Source: a virus (taxonomy: Duplodnaviria; Caudoviricetes). Taken from it: a stretch of 48,339 nt of DNA. The notes beneath the pieces are model-generated. The model ran no database searches, was not told the DNA's origin, and saw only the letters and a list, made by a program, of their open reading frames with translations. Shown here in pieces: positions 43,917 through 48,339 of this stretch. A program made the position numbers and the translations under genes. Location of the stretch: IMG/VR virus record IMGVR_UViG_3300034008_000044, positions 1 through 48,339 of that record; one strand, given 5' to 3'. How positions within the stretch are numbered: position 1 is the first letter of the stretch; every line of letters begins with the position of its first letter.

Positions 43917-44921
43917 TTAACTGTAAAAACTATGGACCGGGGTCGTTGGCGGGCGGCGGGTCAGCTTATTGACCAGGTACACGATGCCAGCGCAGACGGC
44001 TGCGATGATGATGACCAGTATGATCCAGTTCACAATCACCATACCGTCGACCCCCTCCTGGACTGGCGGCGCCTGGACCTCCTTGCCGTCCGGCTGCATG
44101 ATGACCGCCTGGTCATGCTGCGGACTGTCCTGGCTGAATAGATATATCCAGGGCAGATAGTCCAGGGCTGAGTGCTGCGGGTAGTACACCACGGATCCGG
44201 GCGGGGCCGAGTATCCATTGGCAAACCTGGGCGTATATCCGTTGTCGCCGACCACGCCCGTGCTGCGGCTATACTCAGATTTTGCGGGGCGTTTCGTGGA
44301 TGATACCACCGTCTTGCCGTCGGCTGTTTTGATGGCCGCTCCGGGTACCGCTTTGGATACTCCAGGCTTAGGCTTGGCTGGCGGGGCGGGCGTGGACTTG
44401 CTCGACGTGCTGGTCTTGGATGAGCTGCTGGATGACCGGGCGCTACTGCTGCGGGCGCCGCCCCCGCCTTTGTTGTGGACCAGCAGACCATTGGCGAAGT
44501 AGTTATTGTTTGGCGTGACGTCGATCAGATTATAGACGGTGACATCCTCAGCCGCTTGGACCCGCTCGACAGCCAGGACCTCGACCTCACGATGCAGCTC
44601 ATCATAGAGCCAGTCATGGAGTTTGATTTCCTCAGCCGCCACCAGGCCCCTGGTCGTATATATAGGATGCTCAGCCGTGACCCTGAGGTGGTGATTGATG
44701 ATATAGTATTCGGCCCGCTGATAGGTGACGATCCTGGTGATTTCCGCCAGCTCAGTCTTCTGCAGCCGCTCGTTCCATGACACTACCGTATCACCCTGCT
44801 GCAGACCCTCGATGGCCTGTCCGCCATGGGGCGTCCGGATACTGGTGCCAGCCAGGAAACATCCGCCACCCTTGGCGACGATGACCATGCTGCTGGTGAG
44901 ATCCCTGCTTACTGTTGTCAT
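43917..44921 (-). CDS. Hint (BIL-type) domain, Ser/Lys-rich linker, C-terminal TM protein
   Basis: CFLAGT (block A), TAEHP (block B), VYNL..NYFANGLLVHN (F/G), then KGGGG; C-terminal TM. Confidence 0.85.
   Translation of the reverse strand: MTTVSRDLTSSMVIVAKGGGCFLAGTSIRTPHGGQAIEGLQQGDTVVSWNERLQKTELAEITRIVTYQRAEYYIINHHLRVTAEHPIYTTRGLVAAEEIKLHDWLYDELHREVEVLAVERVQAAEDVTVYNLIDVTPNNNYFANGLLVHNKGGGGARSSSARSSSSSSKTSTSSKSTPAPPAKPKPGVSKAVPGAAIKTADGKTVVSSTKRPAKSEYSRSTGVVGDNGYTPRFANGYSAPPGSVVYYPQHSALDYLPWIYLFSQDSPQHDQAVIMQPDGKEVQAPPVQEGVDGMVIVNWIILVIIIAAVCAGIVYLVNKLTRRPPTTPVHSFYS
44472..44861 (-). other. 130-aa Hint/intein-like domain without endonuclease
   Basis: Cys1..His-Asn end; the +1 residue is Lys. 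Confidence 0.88.
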
Positions 44922-45130
44922 TTGATAGTCCTGTTTCCCTGCATCTGTTGCAGTTTATATTGCTGTTTCATGATTTCCAGGCGGCGCTCTTCCAGCTCGA
45001 TCTCCTGCATCAGCGACGTGTTACGCTTGTCGAAGTAGTACAGGAACGCATCCAGCATCCTGGGTACCGCCCAAACGACGGCCCCCGTGATGATGACGAA
45101 CCAGAGCATCGGCATTATGACTTCCGCCAT
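44918..45130 (-). CDS. Single-TM coiled-coil protein
   Basis: TM followed by a heptad region. Confidence 0.65.
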   Translation of the reverse strand: MAEVIMPMLWFVIITGAVVWAVPRMLDAFLYYFDKRNTSLMQEIELEERRLEIMKQQYKLQQMQGNRTIK

Positions 45131-45387
45131 TCGCCCCTCATTTCTCGGTCCAGCTGCCGCAGCCATCGATATATCGTATGGGTAGATTTACGGTTGAAAG
45201 CTTTCATCAGACCGACCACGCCGATGCGGGGCTTTTTTGGATCCGGTCCGACTAGGATCCGGAACACTCTGGCATCCAGCTCATTGTTTTCCAACTGCCG
45301 ATCATCCAGCCATTTGTCGATGCCCTCATCCTCTATTCGAGGGCGGCGGGGCGGTGTCCGGACATACTGCATGTCACTCCTTTCCAT
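45115..45387 (-). CDS. Putative HTH DNA-binding protein
   Basis: C-terminal LMKAFNRKSTHTIYRWL. Confidence 0.55.
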   Translation of the reverse strand: MERSDMQYVRTPPRRPRIEDEGIDKWLDDRQLENNELDARVFRILVGPDPKKPRIGVVGLMKAFNRKSTHTIYRWLRQLDREMRGEWRKS

Positions 45388-45533
45388 TAGATGATTACCG
45401 AAAATATAAAAGCACTAGCCAGGACCAGCAGTAATAGCAGCCCAGCCAGGTGATAGTTGTCATGATATAGCGCCACGCCCGCCGCTCCGGTTTCCAGGGC
45501 GATGATGAGCATGGCTATCTGCTCGACGCTCAT
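45387..45533 (-). CDS. 48-aa two-TM protein
   Basis: MSVEQIAMLIIALETG..LAGLLLLLVLASAFIFSVII; coupled at both ends. Confidence 0.55.
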   Translation of the reverse strand: MSVEQIAMLIIALETGAAGVALYHDNYHLAGLLLLLVLASAFIFSVII

Positions 45534-46069
45534 ACCAGAACCCCCTGGAGCCGTCGCCGGAAGTTTGATTCGATGGCTGGCTGATACGGGATATCGATGG
45601 CCTTGAACGCCAGGGCGCTGTCGACATCCGGGTTATAGATCACCAGCCTGGCGGCCCTCAGGCCACTGATGAGCATACCGAAGTGTATCTGCGCTTTGAT
45701 GCTGACCGGGATGTCACCTGCCCGCATCGCCATATGCTTTTCGGCATTAAAACATTTGACCTCGATCACCCTGGTGTCAGTCAGCCCGTCCGGTGAGAAT
45801 AGGCACCGTGGAAACTCATCGTTCAGGACATAGCCAGGGCGGTCTACTACCTCGCCATAGACCGCCTGGTATATCTCGATGGCCTGATCCTCCAGGATGT
45901 GACCCCGCTTGGTGAAAAAGTTGCCACGGAAGTCGCTGACCTGGGTCCTGGAATACTCTATGTCGCCGTATTTGAGCAGGCGGATGGCGCTGGTACCCGT
46001 GTATTTTCCATCACGGGCAGCCAGCCATTCCTCAGATCCCTGCTCGACGTCACGGACCACGGTTATCAT
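45530..46069 (-). CDS. YqaJ-like (lambda Exo family) exonuclease
   Basis: EQGSEEWLAAR..RGHILE..SPDG..IEVKC..QIH. Confidence 0.9.
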   Translation of the reverse strand: MITVVRDVEQGSEEWLAARDGKYTGTSAIRLLKYGDIEYSRTQVSDFRGNFFTKRGHILEDQAIEIYQAVYGEVVDRPGYVLNDEFPRCLFSPDGLTDTRVIEVKCFNAEKHMAMRAGDIPVSIKAQIHFGMLISGLRAARLVIYNPDVDSALAFKAIDIPYQPAIESNFRRRLQGVLV

Positions 46070-47010
46070 CAGGCGGCCTTAGGCTTTCCGAATACCTTTT
46101 TCGCTGCGGCAGTATGGTCGACCGGAGCGTCAGCATCCTCAGCTGCGGCACCCTTGTCCTGGTCGGCGTCAGCTTTAGGCTGGACCACATGGATCATTTC
46201 ACCATCACCAGCGTCGGCCTTTGCAGCGTCGATGATGGCGTTCTTCTGCTCATCATCAGCCTTGACATCAGCCAGCTCGCCGTCGATGTAGTCAGTCCGA
46301 TCATCCCGGATGACAGCCTGGTCCGCCACGATAGCACGGGTCAGCTCGGTCGACATCGGCCCGTATTTATTGAGGTTCAGTTTTAGCACGGTTTTGAGGG
46401 CCATGGCGTCGAAGTTGTCTTTCCAGGGGCCATAGTTCATTTTGTATGACTGACTGTATTTCTTGGCATGAGCATCCACCTCATCCTTTGGCATGTACAG
46501 CTCGGACTTGAACCCGGTGGTCAGAGTGAAACGTGATACATATCCGATGACCTTTTCGGATGTCTTTTTGGTCCAGTCGTATGTGTTCCCGTCGAGCGGA
46601 TCCTGGGCGATGAGCTGGCCCTCATAGACCTCAGTGGCAGCGATGCGCTCATACTGTCCGGTCCGCTGAGCCAGCTGGATAAAGCCTTTCCATCCCATCT
46701 GAAACTGGGCTTCAACGATGCCCTTTTTGTTGTTCCGATAGCCAATGATGTGAGCATATCCCAGGTTCTTATTGATCTGCAGATCCATACTGGCGGCAGT
46801 CAGGCAGGCATTGAATAGTGACTGCGGATCCGCCTGGGATAGCAGCTCATCGTTCCCGGTGAGTGACAGGACGCTGGTGGTGAACTGACTGGCTCGCTTG
46901 CCCAGCATTTCATTGATGCGCTTTTGGACCTGCGGCGCTGCCATGTAGTCCTTGATAGTGATTTTCCGGACGGGCTTGTTCCCGTTGGTGGTGGTTGGTG
47001 TGTCGGCCAT
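46069..47010 (-). CDS. recT: RecT-family ssDNA annealing protein
   Basis: LGYAHII..AQFQMGWKGFIQLAQRTG..PWKDNFDAMALKTVLK. Confidence 0.93.
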   Translation of the reverse strand: MADTPTTTNGNKPVRKITIKDYMAAPQVQKRINEMLGKRASQFTTSVLSLTGNDELLSQADPQSLFNACLTAASMDLQINKNLGYAHIIGYRNNKKGIVEAQFQMGWKGFIQLAQRTGQYERIAATEVYEGQLIAQDPLDGNTYDWTKKTSEKVIGYVSRFTLTTGFKSELYMPKDEVDAHAKKYSQSYKMNYGPWKDNFDAMALKTVLKLNLNKYGPMSTELTRAIVADQAVIRDDRTDYIDGELADVKADDEQKNAIIDAAKADAGDGEMIHVVQPKADADQDKGAAAEDADAPVDHTAAAKKVFGKPKAA

Positions 47011-47019
47011 ATGGCTCCT

Positions 47020-47385
47020 TTATTTAATACGTTTAATAAGATACCGGGTGGTCTGAGCCGTCACTCCGGGCGGCAGCTCATCCAGCAGGGTGTGATGCTC
47101 GCCGATTTTCTTCACGTCCGGCGCCCGCTTATAGAACTCATCCGGCAGCTCGGCGGTGGTTTTGTAACTGGTCCTTTCAGCCAGGGTGATGGATCCTGCA
47201 TCAGTTTTGATGCTCTTAACATTATGCTGCTCCATGGCATCCTGGACAGCAGACCAGGCGTCATCCACCTGCTGCTGCACTGACTTCAATCGCTGCATTT
47301 CGGCGGCGACTGAGCGCTGCAGTGCCAGGGCTTTGTCGATCTCGACCTGGACAATGTCGTTATTTTTTGCGGCCATATCTATCAT
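47020..47385 (-). CDS. Siphovirus Gp157-like protein
   Basis: AMEQHNVKSIKT..LPDEF..PDVKKI..PPGV..YLIK; next to RecT. Confidence 0.6.
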   Translation of the reverse strand: MIDMAAKNNDIVQVEIDKALALQRSVAAEMQRLKSVQQQVDDAWSAVQDAMEQHNVKSIKTDAGSITLAERTSYKTTAELPDEFYKRAPDVKKIGEHHTLLDELPPGVTAQTTRYLIKRIK

Positions 47386-47581
47386 CCTTTCGATCCATTA
47401 GTTTTTTCAGCCCGGTCATATATTGGTCAGTCGGCATGGTATAGCCTGGGCATATAGTCTGCTGACATGTACACAACATATCGTTGCGGCAGGTGAGTGG
47501 CGGGTCATCATCCGGCAGGTTCTCGACTATGGTTTCCAGCCGAGCCATGCCGATGACTAATAGATTTCGAACAGCTTCCAT
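47360..47581 (-). CDS. Small Cys-containing hypothetical protein
   Basis: ORF track; C-x5-CTC-x4-C. Confidence 0.55.
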   Translation of the reverse strand: MEAVRNLLVIGMARLETIVENLPDDDPPLTCRNDMLCTCQQTICPGYTMPTDQYMTGLKKLMDRKDDRYGRKK

Positions 47582-47661
47582 TGGCTGGCTCGCTTTCCAC
47601 GTTTGATGTAATGAGCATGAGGGCGGTGCATCCCTCTGAGTTTTTGCAGTGCCTTACGCAT
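47557..47661 (-). CDS. 34-aa basic microprotein
   Basis: MRKALQKLRGMHRPHAHYIKRGKRASQWKLFEIY; overlaps both neighbours. Confidence 0.4.
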   Translation of the reverse strand: MRKALQKLRGMHRPHAHYIKRGKRASQWKLFEIY

Positions 47662-47761
47662 GTCGGCGTACCCGCTCGATGCGCTGCACTTTGCAACCGC
47701 AGTGTATAGCAAAACATTTATGAACCCTGCATTCGAGCAGGCGACGGACGGCTGATGCCAT
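47654..47761 (-). CDS. 35-aa Cys/His microprotein
   Basis: Follows AGGGGATCTCAC; MASAVRRLLECRVHKCFAIHCGCKVQRIERVRRHA. Confidence 0.55.
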   Translation of the reverse strand: MASAVRRLLECRVHKCFAIHCGCKVQRIERVRRHA

Positions 47762-47968
47762 ATGTGAGATCCCCTATTTAATGTTGACTGGCGGCCACCA
47801 GCCAGGACTGGATGTCTTCCAAAATATCGTACTAACGTCCATGTATAGTCAGTGCGTAAAAGCCGTTCCTGCTATGGATCCCGGTCGATGACCTGGTGCA
47901 TTGTTCACTGCGACGGGCGCCTGGACGGGTCCAAACCACTCACCGCATTCTGCTAATGCACTAACCAT

Positions 47969-47997
47969 ATGATACGCCAGACGATGCATCACGTCAA
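47969..47997 (-). promoter_or_regulatory. Leftward sigma70-type promoter of the recombination/membrane arm
   Basis: TTGACG-N17-TATCAT on the minus strand. Confidence 0.7.
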
Positions 47998-48197
47998 CTA
48001 TGTCATCGACCGCTGAGCGGACCGCCGGATGTCGCTACTGCTTAAAAAAGTACCCGGCCTATGGCGTCATGATTTTATATATATGCAAATCCGAACACAA
48101 AAGTTGCTCATTGTCGATAGCCATAAGCGTGATGACGGCCGTCTGAGTACCAGATTTGTACTTCCACAGTTTTGTTATATTTTATATATTTCATGCT

Positions 48198-48226
48198 TGC
48201 CTATCTGTTAGCCATGGCGTATGCTC
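48198..48226 (+). promoter_or_regulatory. Rightward promoter for the junction-spanning small RNA
   Basis: TTGCCT-N17-TATGCT. Confidence 0.6.
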
Positions 48227-48339
48227 TAGGTAGTGACACGAAACCCGTCACTAAAAACAAAAACGGCCGCCTATGGCAGCCACCCAAAACAAAACACAAA
48301 AACACCCCCGAAAAAACAAAAACACTGAACAAGCGCCTT
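48218..48339. repeat. Terminal direct repeat, right copy
   Basis: Matches 1-122 with 1 mismatch. Confidence 0.95.

Noticed and set aside
44472-44861. Canonical mobile intein
   Set aside because: There is no +1 Cys/Ser/Thr and no endonuclease, so I treat it as BIL-type.
48029-48211. 60-aa ORF and short minus-strand ORFs in the divergent promoter region
   Set aside because: AT-rich regulatory DNA with no convincing RBS; I cannot support these as genes.
1-48339. Alternative genetic code, integrase, tRNA genes
   Set aside because: Core genes are full length in the standard code. I recognised no Tyr/Ser recombinase motifs or tRNA cloverleaf by eye; tRNAscan was not run.

Overview
This window looks like a complete, circularly assembled ~48.2 kb siphovirus-type phage genome. 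It has a 122-nt terminal overlap with one mismatch. The + strand carries a ParB-like/DNA methyltransferase gene, about 30 small early genes, a replication initiator with an internal iteron origin, the terminase, a Mu-like head module, a 2333-aa repeat-shaft/glycan-domain protein, head-tail and tail genes (chaperone with a -1 frameshift, 760-aa tape measure, enlarged Dit, hub), a CHAP endolysin and a holin. The - strand arm (40.5-48 kb) carries RecT/YqaJ/Gp157-like recombination genes and a membrane/counter-defence cluster: a Hint (intein-like) membrane protein, LemA, a KcsA-type K+ channel and an Acb1-like 2H phosphoesterase. I found no integrase, DNA polymerase, helicase or tRNA. A KGG-repeat protein of a type I associate with Saccharibacteria suggests a Patescibacteria/CPR host (inference). 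The most striking unexplained signals are: (i) a conserved start-associated motif GGATCTCAC before 7-8 early genes, with its complement displayed in a hairpin loop; (ii) 4-5 promoter/terminator-bounded small structured RNAs; (iii) a BIL-type Hint domain flanked by KGGG on both sides; (iv) a giant protein with ~75 basic [ST][KR]xLxYx[IV][RK] repeats; (v) a mini-protein made of terminase-like motifs; (vi) apparent CGCG avoidance. All family calls come from motif recognition, not database searches.
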